NCBI GenBank assembly: GCA_964016885.1
Contig: OZ024743.1
Location: forward strand, 222,456,001-222,520,000
DNA length: 64,000 nucleotides
From: Eledone cirrhosa
Lineage: Eukaryota
Direction of reading: 5' to 3'
Shown here: positions 1 through 12,057 of the stretch, piece by piece
Position numbering within the stretch: position 1 is the stretch's first letter
How the letters are laid out: each line of letters starts with the position of its first letter
The notes under the pieces: generated by a model
Seen by the model: only the letters and a program-made list of their open reading frames with translations
Told to the model about the DNA's origin: nothing
Database searches by the model: none
Made by a program: the position numbers and the translations under genes

Positions 1-460
1 GGTCTTCAGAGAAAAAAAACCTTGCCTTAAGCAAGTGTTTTGGCCTTTAACTTCTAAGGGCCGAATCATTTGCTTAACCCTTTAGCAAACCCTTTTACTC
101 TATATTTGCAATTTTATTTTCACAGAAAACTCTTTATCGCACATAATATTGAATCTATGAGTATTTGATATTACTTATTTTTAGAACAATACCTTAACAG
201 AAGTATGAGCAGTTGGTTATGGTCAGTTTGAACAGAAAGAGGTGAGGGAATTCTGGCCGGATACAGCTGGTTTAAATGCTAAAGGGTCAAGGATGAAGGA
301 TTTTCTCTGAAGATCTTCTGCTGGACAACAGAAGGTCTTCAGAGAAACCCTGCCTCAAGCAAGTGTTTTGGCCATTAACTTCTAATGGCCAAAGCATTTG
401 CTTAAGGATGGGAGTTCTACTCTGAATACCTTCTCCTGTCCAGCTCTCTGAGAGCTCCTA
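1..460. repeat. Diverged tandem repeat (~115 bp unit, about 2 copies visible) built from two hairpins
   Basis: 1-77 recurs at 334-405 (ggtcttcagagaaa...aagcaagtgttttggcc...catttgcttaa). Inverted repeats at 27-77, 302-347 and 354-406. Confidence 0.75.
78..286. mobile_element. TTAA-flanked MITE, family A (piggyBac-like ends)
   Basis: TTAA|CCCTTTAGCA...TGCTAAAGGG|TCAA. The neighbouring repeat unit shows the empty site (gcttaaggatg at 400-410). More copies at ~9918, 10467, 29470 and 58195. Confidence 0.85.
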
Positions 461-584
461 ACCAATAAAATACAACTTGTTTATATACAGGTTTCCGATT
501 TATATATAATTAGTCTTGATTATCCATTTATCATTTATACTATTTACTGGTTTAATTAGTTACTTATTTATATTTACATGTCTG

Positions 585-828
585 GGATTGATGGGGTGGG
601 GGGCTTCAAGGTTTCTATGAAGGGGTTGATGGGGTGGGGAGGGGTTCAATGATTCTATGAAGAGGTTGATGGGGTGGGGGTCTTAAAGGTTTCTATGAAG
701 GGATTGATGGGGTGGGGAGGGGTTCAAGGATTCCATGAAGGGGTTGATGGGGTGTGGAGGAGTTCAAGGATTCTATGAAGGGGTTGATGGGGTGAACTTC
801 AAGGTTTCTATAAAGGGCTTGATGGGGA
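585..828. repeat. G-rich minisatellite, ~38-40 bp unit, ~6 copies
   Basis: Recurring ggttgatggggtgggg...ttcaagg(a/t)ttctatgaag. Confidence 0.85.
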
Positions 829-1006
829 TACCTGCTGACAATTTTGACATCGGTGTGTGTGTGTGTGGCGTGGTGGGGGCATGTGGTGTGTGTGTATGTG
901 TATGAAATATTATGTAATACATTAAATCAGTAACTTGAAACTAGATTCTAATCATACCAGCATCCACACATTTAGTCTAAGTACCATGCAATTTCAGTAA
1001 TTTTCA

Positions 1007-1008
<2 letters not shown>

Positions 1009-1078
<70 letters not shown>
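1009..1078. repeat. (CA)n microsatellite
   Basis: Perfect dinucleotide run. Confidence 0.95.
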
Positions 1079-1081
<3 letters not shown>

Positions 1082-1207
1082 CCACACAACCATACAAAAT
1101 CCCAGACACAGAGGAGGCTGCCATTACTCTAGCCATTACACAAACATTCTCAATCTAACCTTTAGAAGTGCCAGTCTCTAACACTTGAAGTGATGGTACT
1201 TAACAGT

Positions 1208-4200
1208 TATTAGGGTCCATTACTATTAGCTATATACAGTAGTAATAGTGTGTTAGAGTGGTCCATTACTATTAGCTATTTACTGTATTAAAAGTGTGTT
1301 AGAGTGGTCCATTACTATTAGCTATATACTGTAGTAATAGTGTGTTAGTAGGGTACATTACTATTAGCTATATACAGTAGTAATAGTGTGTTAGAGTGGT
1401 CCATTACTATTAGCTATTTACTGTAGTAAAAGTGTGTTAGAGTGGTCCATTACTATTAACTATATACTGTAGTAATAGTGTGTTACAGTGGTCCATTACT
1501 ATTAGCTATATACAGTAGTCATAGTGTGTTAGAGTGGTCCATTACTAATAGCTATATACAGTAGTCATAGTGTGTTAGAGTGGTCTATTACTAATAGCTA
1601 TATACATTAGTGATAGTGTGTTACAGTGGTCTATTACTAATAGCTATATACTGTAGTAATAGTGTGTTAGAGTGGTCTATTACTAATAGCTATATACTGT
1701 AGTAATAGTGTGTTAGAGTGGTATATTACTATTAGCTATATACTGTAGTAATAGTGTGTTACAGTGGTTTATTACTAATAGCTATATACTGTAGTAATAG
1801 TGTGTTAGAGTGGTCTATTACTAATAGCTATATACTGTAGTAATAGTGTGTTACAGTGGTTTATTACTAATAGCTATATACTGTAGTAATAGTGTGTTAG
1901 AGTGGTCTATTACTAATAGCTATATAATGTAGTAATAGTGTGTTAGAGTGGTCTATTGCTATTAGCTATATACTGTAGTAATAGTGTGTTAGAGTGGTCT
2001 ATTGCTATTAGCTATATACTGTAGTAATAGTGTGTTAGAGTGGTCCATTACTAATAGCTATATACAGTAGTCATAGTGTGTTAGAGTGGTCTATTACTAT
2101 CAGTTATATACAGTAGTCATAGTGTGTTAGAGTGGTCTATTACTAATAGCTATATATTGTAGTAATAGTGTATTAGAGTGGTCTATTACTAATAGCTATA
2201 TACTGTAGTAATAGTGTGTTAGAGTGGTCTATTACTATTAGCTATTTACTGTAGTAAAAGTGTGTTAGTAGGGTACATTACTATTAGCTATATACTGTAG
2301 TAATAGTGTGTTAGAGTGGTCTATTACTATTAACTATATACTGTAGTAAAAGTGTGTTAGAGTGATCCATTACTATTAGCTATATACAGTAGTCATAGTG
2401 TGTTAGAGTGGTCTATTACTAATAGCTATATACTGTAGTAATAGTGTGTTACAGTGGTCTATTACTAATAGCTAAATACTGTAGTAATAGTGTATTAGAG
2501 TGGTCTATTACTATTAGCTATATACTGTAGTAATAGTGTGTTAGAGTGGTCCATTACTAATAGCTATATACAGTAGTCATAGTGTGTTAGAGTGGTCTAT
2601 TACTAATAGCTATATACTGTAGTAATAGTGTGTTACAGTGGTCTATTACTATTAGCTATATACTGTAGTAATAGTGTATTAGAGTGGTCTATTACTAATA
2701 GCTATATACTGTAGTAATAGTGTGTTAGAGTGGTCTATTACTAATAGCTATATACTGTAGTAATAGTGTGTTAGAGTGGTATATTACTAATAGCTATATA
2801 CAGTAGTAATAGTGTGTTAGAGTGGTCCAATACTATTAGCTATTTACTGTATTAAAAGTGTGTTAGAGTGGTCCATTACTAATAGCTATATACTGTAGTA
2901 ATAGTGTGTTAGAGTGGTCTATTACTATTAGCTATATACTGTAGTAATAGTGTGTTAGAGTGGTCCATTACTATTAACTATATACTGTAGTAATAGTGTG
3001 TTAGAGTGGTCCATTACTATTAACTATATACTGTAGTAATAGTGTGTTAGTAGGGTACATTACTATTAGCTATATACAGTAGTAATAGTGTGTTAGAGTG
3101 GTCCATTACTATTAGCTATTTACTGTAGTAAAAGTGTGTTAGTAGGGTACATTACTATTAGCTATATACTGTAGTAATAGTGTGTTAGAGTTGTCTATTA
3201 CTATTAGCTATATACTGTAGTAATAGTGTGTTAGAGTGGTCTATTACTAATAGCTATATACTGTAGTAATAGTGTGTTAGAGTAGTCCATTACTATTAGC
3301 TATATACTGTAGTAATAGTGTATTAGAGTGGTCTATTGCTATTAACTATATACAGTAGTCATAGTGTGTTAGAGTGGTCCATTACTATTAGCTATATACT
3401 GTAGTAATAGTGTGTTAGAGTGGTCTATTGCTAATAGCTATATACTGTAGTAATAGTGTGTTACAGTGGTCTATTACTAATAGCTATATACTGTAGTAAT
3501 AGTGTGTTAGAGTGGTCTATTACTAATAGCTATATACTGTAGTAATAGTGTGTTAGAGTGGTCTATTACTAATAGCTATATACTGTAGTAATAGTGTGTT
3601 AGAGTGGTCCATTACTATTAGCTATATACTGTAGTAATAGTGTATTAGAGTGGTCTATTGCTATTAACTATATACAGTAGTCATAGTGTGTTAGAGTGGT
3701 CCATTACTATTAGCTATATACTGTAGTAATAGTGTGTTAGAGTGGTCTATTGCTAATAGCTATATACTGTAGTAATAGTGTGTTACAGTGGTCTATTACT
3801 AATAGCTATATACTGTAGTAATAGAGTGTTAGAGTGGTCTATTACTAATAGCTATATACTGTAGTAATAGTGTGTTAGAGTGGTCTATTACTAATAGCTA
3901 TATACTGTAGTAATAGTGTGTTAGAGTGGTCCATTACTATTAACTATATACTGTAGTAATAGTGTGTTAGAGTGGTCCATTACTATTAGCTATTTACTGT
4001 AGTAAAAGTGTGTTAGAGTGGTCCATTACTATTAACTATATACTGTAGTAATAGTGTGTTACAGTGGTCCATTACTATTAGCTATATACAGTAGTCATAG
4101 TGTGTTAGAGTGGTCCATTACTAATAGCTATATACAGTAGTCATAGTGTGTTAGAGTGGTCTATTACTAATAGCTATATACTGTAGTGATAGTGTGTTAC

Positions 4201-7200
4201 AGTGGTCTATTACTAATAGCTATATACTGTAGTAATAGTGTGTTACAGTGGTTTATTACTAATAGCTATATACTGTAGTAATAGTGTGTTAGAGTGGTCT
4301 ATTACTATTAGCTATATACTGTAGTAATAGTGTGTTGGAGTGGTCTATTACTAATAGCTATATACTGTAGTAATAGTGTGTTAGAGTGGTCCATTACTAT
4401 CAGCTATATACTGTAGTAATAGTGTGTTAGAGTGGTCTATTACTATTAGCTATATACAGTAGTAATAGTGTGTTAGAGTGGTCTATTACTAATAGCTATA
4501 TACTGTAGTAATAGTGTGTTAGAGTGGTCCATTACTATTAGCTATATACTGTAGTAATAGTGTATTAGAGTGGTCCATTACGAATAGCTATATACTGTAG
4601 TAATAGTGAGTTAGAGTGGTCTATTGCTATTAGCTATATACTGTAGTAATAGTGTGTTAGAGTGGTCTATTACTAATAGCTATATACTGTAGTAATAGTG
4701 TGTTAGAGTGGTCTATTGCTATTAGCTATATACTGTAGTAATAGTGTGTTAGAGAAGTCTATTACTAATAGCTATAAACAGTAGTCATAGTGTGTTAGAG
4801 TGGTCCATTACTATCAGCTATATACAGTAGTCATAGTGTGTTAGAGTGGTCCATTACTAATAGCTATATACAGTAGTAATAGTGTGTTAGAGTGGTCCAT
4901 TACTATTAACTATATACTGTAGTAATAGTGTGTTACAGTGGTCCATTACTATTAACTATATACTGTAGTAATAGTGTGTTAGAGTGGTCTATTACTAATA
5001 GCTATATACAGTAGTCATAGTGTGTTAGAGTGGTCTATTACTAATAGCTATATACTGTAGTAATAGTGTGTTAGAGTGGTCTATTACTAATAGCTATATA
5101 CTGTAGTCATAGTGTGTTAGAGTGGTCTATTACTAATAGCTATATACAGTAGTCATAGTGTGTTAGAGTGGTCTATTACTAATAGCTATATACTGTAGTA
5201 ATAGTGGGTTAGAGTGGTCTATTACTAATAGCTATATACTGTAGTAATAGTGTGTTAGAGTGGTCTATTACTAATAGCTATATACAGTAGTCATAGTGTG
5301 TTAGAGTGGTCTATTACTAATAGCTATATACTGTAGTAATAGTGTGTTAGAGTGGTCTATTACTAATAGCTATATACAGTAGTCATAGTGTGTTAGAGTG
5401 GTCTATTACTATTAGCTATATACAGTAGTCATAGTGTGTTCGAGTGGTCTATTACTAATAGCTATATACTGTAGTAATAGTGTGTTACAGTGGTCTATTA
5501 CTAATAGCTATATACTGTAGTAATAGTGTGTTAGAGTGGTCTATTACTAATAGCTATATACTGTAGTAATAGTGTGTTAGAGTGGTCTATAACTAATAGC
5601 TATATACTGTAGTAATAGTGTGTTAGAGTGGTATATTACTAATAGCTATATACAGTAGTAATAGTGTGTTAGAGTGGTCCAATACTATTAGCTATTTACT
5701 GTATTAAAAGTGTGTTAGAGTGGTCCATTACTATTAGCTATATACTGTAGTAATAGTGTGTTAGAGTGGTCTATTACTATTAGCTATATACTGTAGTAAT
5801 AGTGTGTTAGAGTGGTCCATTACTATTAACTATATACTGTAGTAATAGTGTGTTAGAGTGGTCCATTACTATTAACTATATACTGTAGTAATAGTGTGTT
5901 AGTAGGGTACATTACTATTAGCTATATACAGTAGTAATAGTGTGTTAGAGTGGTCCATTACTATTAGCTATTTACTGTAGTAAAAGTGTGTTAGTAGGGT
6001 ACATTACTATTGGCTATATACTGTAGTAATAGTGTGTTAGAGTGGTCTATTACTATTAACTATATACTGTAGTAATAGTGAGTTAGAGTGGTCTATTACT
6101 ATTAACTATATACTGTAGTAATAGTGTGTTAGAGTTGTCTATTACTATTAGCTATATACTGTAGTAATAGTGTGTTAGAGTGGTCTATTACTAATAGCTA
6201 TATACTGTAGTAATAGTGTGTTAGAGTGGTCCATTACTATTAGCTATAGACTGTAATAATAGTGTATTAGAGTGGTCTATTGCTATTAACTATGTACAGT
6301 AGTCATAGTGTGTTAGAGTGGTCCATTACTATTAGCTATATACTGTAGTAATAGTGTGTTAGAGTGGTCTATTGCTAATAGCTATATACTGTAGTAATAG
6401 TGTGTTAGAGTGGTCTATTACTAATAGCTATATACTGTAGTAATAGTGTGTTAGAGTGGTCTATTACTAATAGCTATATACTGTAGTAATAGTGTGTTAG
6501 AGTGGTCTATTACTAATAGCTATATACTGTAGTAATAGTGTGTTAGAGTGGTCCATTACTATTAACTATATACTGTAGTAATAGTGTGTTAGAGTGGTCC
6601 ATTACTATTAACTATATACTGTAGTAATAGTGTGTTAGTAGGGTACATTACTATTAGCTATATACAGTAGTAATAGTGTGTTAGAGTGGTCCATTACTAT
6701 TAGCTATTTACTGTATTAAAAGTGTGTTAGAGTGGTCCATTACTATTAGCTATATACTGTAGTAATAGTGTGTTAGAGTGGTCTATTACTATTAGCTATA
6801 TACTGTAGTAATAGTGTGTTGGAGTGGTCTATTACTAATAGCTATATACTGTAGTAATAGTGTGTTAGAGTGGTCCATTACTATTAGCTATATACTGTAG
6901 TAATAGTGTGTTAGAGTGGTCTATTGCTATTAACTATATACTGTAGTAATAGTGTGTTAGAGTGGTCTATTACTATTAGCTATATACTGTAGTAATAGTG
7001 TGTTGGAGTGGTCTATTACTAATAACTATATACTGTAGTAATAGTGTGTTAGAGTGGTCCATTACTATTAACTATATACTGTAGTAATAGTGTGTTAGAG
7101 TGGTCTATTACTATTAGCTATATACTGTAGTAATAGTGTGTTAGAGTGGTCTATTGCTATTAGCTATATACTGTAGTAATAGTGTGTTAGAGTGGTCCAT

Positions 7201-8140
7201 TACTATCAGCTATATACTGTAGTAATAGTGTGTTAGAGTGGTCTATTACTATTAGCTATATACAGTAGTAATAGTGTGTTAGAGTGGTCTATTGCTATTA
7301 GCTATATACTGTAGTAATAGTGTGTTAGAGTGGTCTATTACTAATAGCTATATACTGTAGTAATAGTGTGTTAGAGTGGTCTATTGCTATTAGCTATATA
7401 CTGTAGTAATAGTGTGTTAGAGAAGTCTATTACTAATAGCTATAAACAGTAGTCATAGTGTGTTAGAGTGGTCCATTACTATCAGCTATATACAGTAGTC
7501 ATAGTGTGTTAGAGTGGTCCATTACTAATAGCTATATACAGTAGTAATAGTGTGTTAGAGTGGTCCATTACTATTAACTATATACTGTAGTAATAGTGTG
7601 TTACAGTGGTCCATTACTATTAACTATATACTGTAGTAATAGTGTGTTAGAGTGGTCTATTACTAATAGCTATATACAGTAGTCATAGTGTGTTAGAGTG
7701 GTCTATTACTAATAGCTATATACTGTAGTAATAGTGTGTTAGAGTGGTCTATTACTAATAGCTATATACAGTAGTCATAGTGTGTTAGAGTGGTCTATTA
7801 CTAATAGCTATATACTGTAGTAATAGTGTGTTAGAGTGGTCTATTACTAATAGCTATATACAGTAGTCATAGTGTGTTAGAGTGGTCTATTACTATTAGC
7901 TATATACAGTAGTCATAGTGTGTTAGACTGGTCTATTACTAATAGCTATATACTGTAGTAATAGTGTGTTAGAGTGGTCTATTACTAATAGCTATATACT
8001 GTAGTAATAGTGTGTTAGAGTGGTCTATTACTAATAGCTATATACTGTAGTAATAGTGTGTTAGAGTGGTCTATTACTAATAGCTATATACTGTAGTAAT
8101 AGTGTGTTAGAGTGGTCCATTACTAATAGCTATATACTGT
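1208..8140. repeat. 46-bp tandem satellite, ~150 copies
   Basis: Consensus agtggtctattactaatagctatatactgtagtaatagtgtgttag. Period 46 checked (e.g. 1681 vs 1727). Confidence 0.97.
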
Positions 8141-8500
8141 GGCTGTTGTGTTGTGGTAGCTGTTGTGTTGTGGTGGCTGTTGTGTTGTGGTAGCCGTAGT
8201 GTTGTGGTGGCTGTTGTGTTGTGGTAGCCGTAGCGTTGTGGTGGCTGTTGTGTTGTGGTAGCTGTAGTGGCTGTTGTGTTGTGGCGGCTGTTGTGTTGTG
8301 GTAGCCATAGTGTTGTGGTGGCTGTAGTGGTGTAGTAGCTGTCGTGTTGTGATAGCCGTAGTGTTGTGGTAGCAATTGTGTTGTGGTGGCTGTAGTGGTA
8401 TAGTAGCTGTTGTGTTGTGATAGCCGTAGTGTTGTGGTGGCTGTAGTATTGTGGTGGCTGTAGTGGTGTAGTGGCTGCAGTGTTGTGGTGGTCGTAGTGC
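8141..8500. repeat. Short-period (17-20 bp) GT-rich minisatellite
   Basis: Units such as gtgttgtggtggctgtt and gtgttgtggtagccgta. It produces the spurious T/H/Q-rich minus-strand ORFs. Confidence 0.9.
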
Positions 8501-8855
8501 TGTGACAATACAATGAACAACTGACCAATATGTATGAAAGAAAATTGATTGATCATATTGATTTGTGGACTTAAAGAGTTTCCAATCATTGACTAAACAG
8601 TTGCTAAGTGTGATACCGAATACATATGAAGCTGAACTGTTGGAAATCCATTTGGAGGGCATGTCAATATCATACAATGGACAAATAGCAGGAAAGTGAC
8701 ATTATGTCAAATAAGGATTTCATTCAGTCTTTCATATTCTTTTATTGCTTTAAGTCTGTGGCCATGTTCGAGCAACACCTTCAAGTTGATTACCTTTTAG
8801 TTGATCATATTCACCCACTGTACTCATTTTTCTTGTTTTTCAATTTTGGCATTTA

Positions 8856-9068
8856 CTGTATCTACTCGAATATAAGCCGAGGAATATGTGACCAAAGAAT
8901 TAATGGTAGAAGTGTGTGTGTGTGTGTGGTGGGGTCAGCTTATATTCGTTTTGACGATTTTCACCTTCAAATTCTATGTAAATAAGGTTTGGATTTTTGC
9001 CCATTTCTCAGACATAAAATAGTGGGGTTGGCTTATATTCATATCAACTTATATTCGAGTATAGACAG
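8856..9068. mobile_element. Tc1/mariner-pogo (Tigger-like) MITE
   Basis: TA|CTGTATCTACTCGAATATAAG...CTTATATTCGAGTATAGACAG|TA, with internal repeats of gcttatattc. Confidence 0.85.
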
Positions 9069-9089
9069 TATTTTATCAAGCTCTTTGAT

Positions 9090-9322
9090 GAACTGCTAAA
9101 TTATAGGACATAAACCCAGACATGCACACACACACACCCACCCACTCACACATGCACATTCACACACAACAGGCTCCAGTTTCCATCCATCAAATTTCAT
9201 TCACGTGACCTTGGTCAACCAGAGGCTATGTAAAATATACTTGCCCAAGGTGGCATGCAGTAGGAATGAACCTGAAAGTAATAAGTTGTGAAGTGAACTC
9301 TTTAACCCCAGAATCATGCCTT
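9090..9322 (-). mobile_element. Decayed tRNA-derived SINE with internal (CA)n
   Basis: On the minus strand, a B-box-like ggttcattcc followed by gccaccttgggcaagt. The body resembles 40740-40880. Confidence 0.7.
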
Positions 9323-9494
9323 CTCCTGAAGGAATTTAGAAATAGCATGGCAACACCATGAGGACACCCTATATCTCATACAGAATTTGGAATAAATATA
9401 TTCTAACCAATATTGATATTATTGTATAAAACTGTCATATTGGACAACAAATAAAGCAATGATGAGTGACAGACATTGTGTTTCCAGACATTTA

Positions 9495-9848
9495 GACTCT
9501 TGTTGCCATATTTCTAATGAAAAATCACTTTCAAATCATTTTGAAAATAAACAAAAATTTGGAATTGTTTTGTAATAGTAATAACTAACTTTCTCATTAT
9601 TTATTTGGTATCTGGAACACAATTTAACCCCTTTGACACCAACCCACCTAGTTCTATAATACAAAAATAACTCATTTTAACACATACATGTTTATATTGA
9701 AACATTTAACCATAAAATGTTAGAACCATTTGTTATGTTCCAAACACTGAAAGATATTTTACTAAGCCTTCTAAATTCTTAAGCATTTTTAAAATTGATT
9801 AAACATAGGCAGTGTATTTCATTAAAAATATTGTAAAGGAAGTGTTAA
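9495..9848. mobile_element. TTAA-flanked MITE family B: partial reverse copy plus forward copy
   Basis: Shares ccatatttctaatgaaa, ttctcattattaag and tatgttccaaacac motifs with copies at 10.7-11.2, 22.8-23.1, 25.6-26.4, 27.3, 29.7, 37.4-37.9, 42.1 and 58.9 kb. Confidence 0.7.
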
Positions 9849-9917
9849 TATAGGTTTTATGGAAATGTTTAGATTAACAGATTGATATAAATACTTAAAA
9901 ATAAAGAGAGAGCAAAT

Positions 9918-10122
9918 TCAGCATTTACATTAGTCTATATATACTATTGTATTTTCGTGGTAAAGGCTTTATCTCCCATAATATCGAATCTATGAGATTT
10001 TGATATTATTTATTTTGAGAACAATACCTTAACATCAATATGATTGGTTAGTTATGACCAGTTTGAAGAGAAAGAAGTGAGGGAATTATGGCCGAATACA
10101 GCTGGTTTAGATGCTAAAGGGT
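9918..10122. mobile_element. MITE family A copy
   Basis: Homologous to 78-286 and ends gatgctaaagggttgaa. Confidence 0.8.
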
Positions 10123-10466
10123 TGAATAGGCAAAATGATTATGGTGGGAGCAAAATGATTCTATAAAGAATAAATGATGCTAGTTTATCAACACTAAACC
10201 TTAGATATAGCAGGAAAAAATGTTTACATATATTCATCTGGTGGAAATTTAGGTCAGGAGTTCTTGAATCACTTACTCTTAAACATCTTTACTTTCTTTA
10301 CACCTGGTACAGTAGTAGATCTATATTGTAAATTGTGAAGACACTATAATTTACAAGTATTTCAAGTGTTTTGATAATTTGTAGTGTTGAAGTTAACTCT
10401 TCAGGTACAGATATTTTTTTGTTATCGTTTTCTCATGTTAGTCAGAGGAAGAGCAAGACTGCTTAA

Positions 10467-10701
10467 CACTTTAGCATTTAAACCAGCCATATCCGGCCAG
10501 AATTCTCTCACCTCTTTCTGTTCAAACTGGCTGTAACCAGCCAATCATACTGGTGTTAAGGTATTGTTCTCAAAATAAATATCAAAATCTCATAGATTCG
10601 ATATTGTGTGGGATATTATGTGAAATAAAGCCTTTACTGCAAGCAGGGAAAAGCGGACGTATGATGATGATAATATATAGAATAATGTAAACGCTAAAGG
10701 G
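10467..10701. mobile_element. MITE family A copy (opposite orientation) carrying a short retroelement 3' tail insertion
   Basis: TTAA|cactttagcattt...gtaaacgctaaaggg|TTAA. 10637-10672 (gcaagcagggaaaagcggacgtatgatgatga) matches the RTE tail at ~60390-60430. Confidence 0.85.
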
Positions 10702-10709
10702 TTAAACTT

Positions 10710-11222
10710 AAATCTTTCATTACCATATTGCTAATGAAATACACTATGTCATTAAACTTTCATTACCATATTTCTAATGAACGATACTGCCTATATCTTT
10801 AAAGCTTTCATTACCATATTTCTAATGAAAGATACTGCCTATGATTTTCAAATTATTTTGAAAATAATCAGGAATTTGGAAGAGTTTAATAAAATAACTT
10901 TCTCATTATTAAGTTGGTGTTTGGAACATAAAAACATAATCTTACATAAAATTAGGATGGTAGGTTTTTAGAAAAATATAGATATTTTAAACCTTTTGTT
11001 ACCATATTTCTAATGAAAAACAATGCTTATGTTTTTCAAATCATTTTGAAAATAATCAAGAATTTGGAGAGATTTAGTAACTAATTTTTTCATTATTAAG
11101 CTGGTGCTTGGAGCATAACTTAACAAAAGTTCTTACATAAAATCATGATGGAATGTTTTTAGATAAATGCATAAAAAAACAAGCATTTTTAAGTGATCAT
11201 TTTTTGTTATCAACAGGGTTAA
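10710..11222. mobile_element. Tandem partial and complete MITE family B copies
   Basis: Repeated ttaccatatttctaatgaa ends and two bodies. Terminates gggttaa. Confidence 0.75.
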
Positions 11223-11472
11223 CAGTAGGCTGTGTTCTGTTATTATTTAGATTCACTATATCGTAGATATATAACTGTTGTAAGTAGGGAGAGCTGTTAT
11301 CAACAGGGTTAACTGTGGGATGTGTTCTACCATGACTTAGATTCACTTACATATATAACTGTTGTACTAGGGACATATGTTATCAACAGGGTTGACTGTG
11401 GGCTGGGTCTGTCAAGCCATGACATAGATTCACTATAGATAGACATATAACTACTGTACTAGGGACAGTTAT
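11206..11472. repeat. ~85-bp tandem repeat, 3 copies
   Basis: tgttatcaacagggtt at 11206, 11294 and 11378, each followed by tagattcact...atataact. Confidence 0.85.
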
Positions 11473-11569
11473 AAAGTGGTGTAAAAAACTAATGGTAGTA
11501 GTAGAGCTATAGTGTATTGTAATTCTTTGCCATTGTCTTGCTTGCTGATGAGATGGATTTTTAGAACAG

Positions 11570-11995
11570 TGTGGTGGTGGTGGTGATGGTGGCTGTGTGA
11601 TTGTTATTGATGGTGGTGAGGCTGGTGGTGAGGGTGGTGCTGGTGCCTGTGTGATTGTTGGTTTTACTGGTGATGGTTGTGGTATTGGTGGTTTAGTTAC
11701 TGTTGTTAGTGTTACTGGTGGTAGCAGTGGTGGTGATGGTAGTGGAGGTGGTACTAGTGGTGTGATTGTTGTTGTTGGTGCTGCTGCTGGTGAAAGTGGT
11801 GGTGATTGTTGTTGGTCTGGTGGTGGTGGTGGTGTTACTGGTGATAGTGGTGGTGTTATTGTTGTTGTTCTGGGTGGTAGTGATGGTGGACTTGTCATTG
11901 TTGGTGTTAGTAGTGTTGCTGGTGGTGGTATAAATGGTGTTGGTGGTAGTATTGAGGTTGTTGTTATTGTGGTGGTAGTGGTGGTGATGATGGTG
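11570..11995. repeat. Degenerate (GGT/GTT/GAT)n trinucleotide tract
   Basis: Low complexity, with homopolymeric ORFs on both strands. Confidence 0.9.
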
Positions 11996-12057
11996 TGTAT
12001 GTAACACAAGTGGTGAGTACATGTGTGTGTCGATACACATAATGAGGCAGTAGTAGT

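Noticed and set aside
8600-8700. Short frame LLSVIPNTYEAELLEIHLEGMSISYNGQIAGK after a weak acceptor
   Set aside because: No pyrimidine tract, no convincing donor and no recognised homology.
11383-12040. Pro-rich (extensin-like) and Gly-rich ORFs
   Set aside because: A trinucleotide tract open in several frames on both strands, with no splice or domain support.
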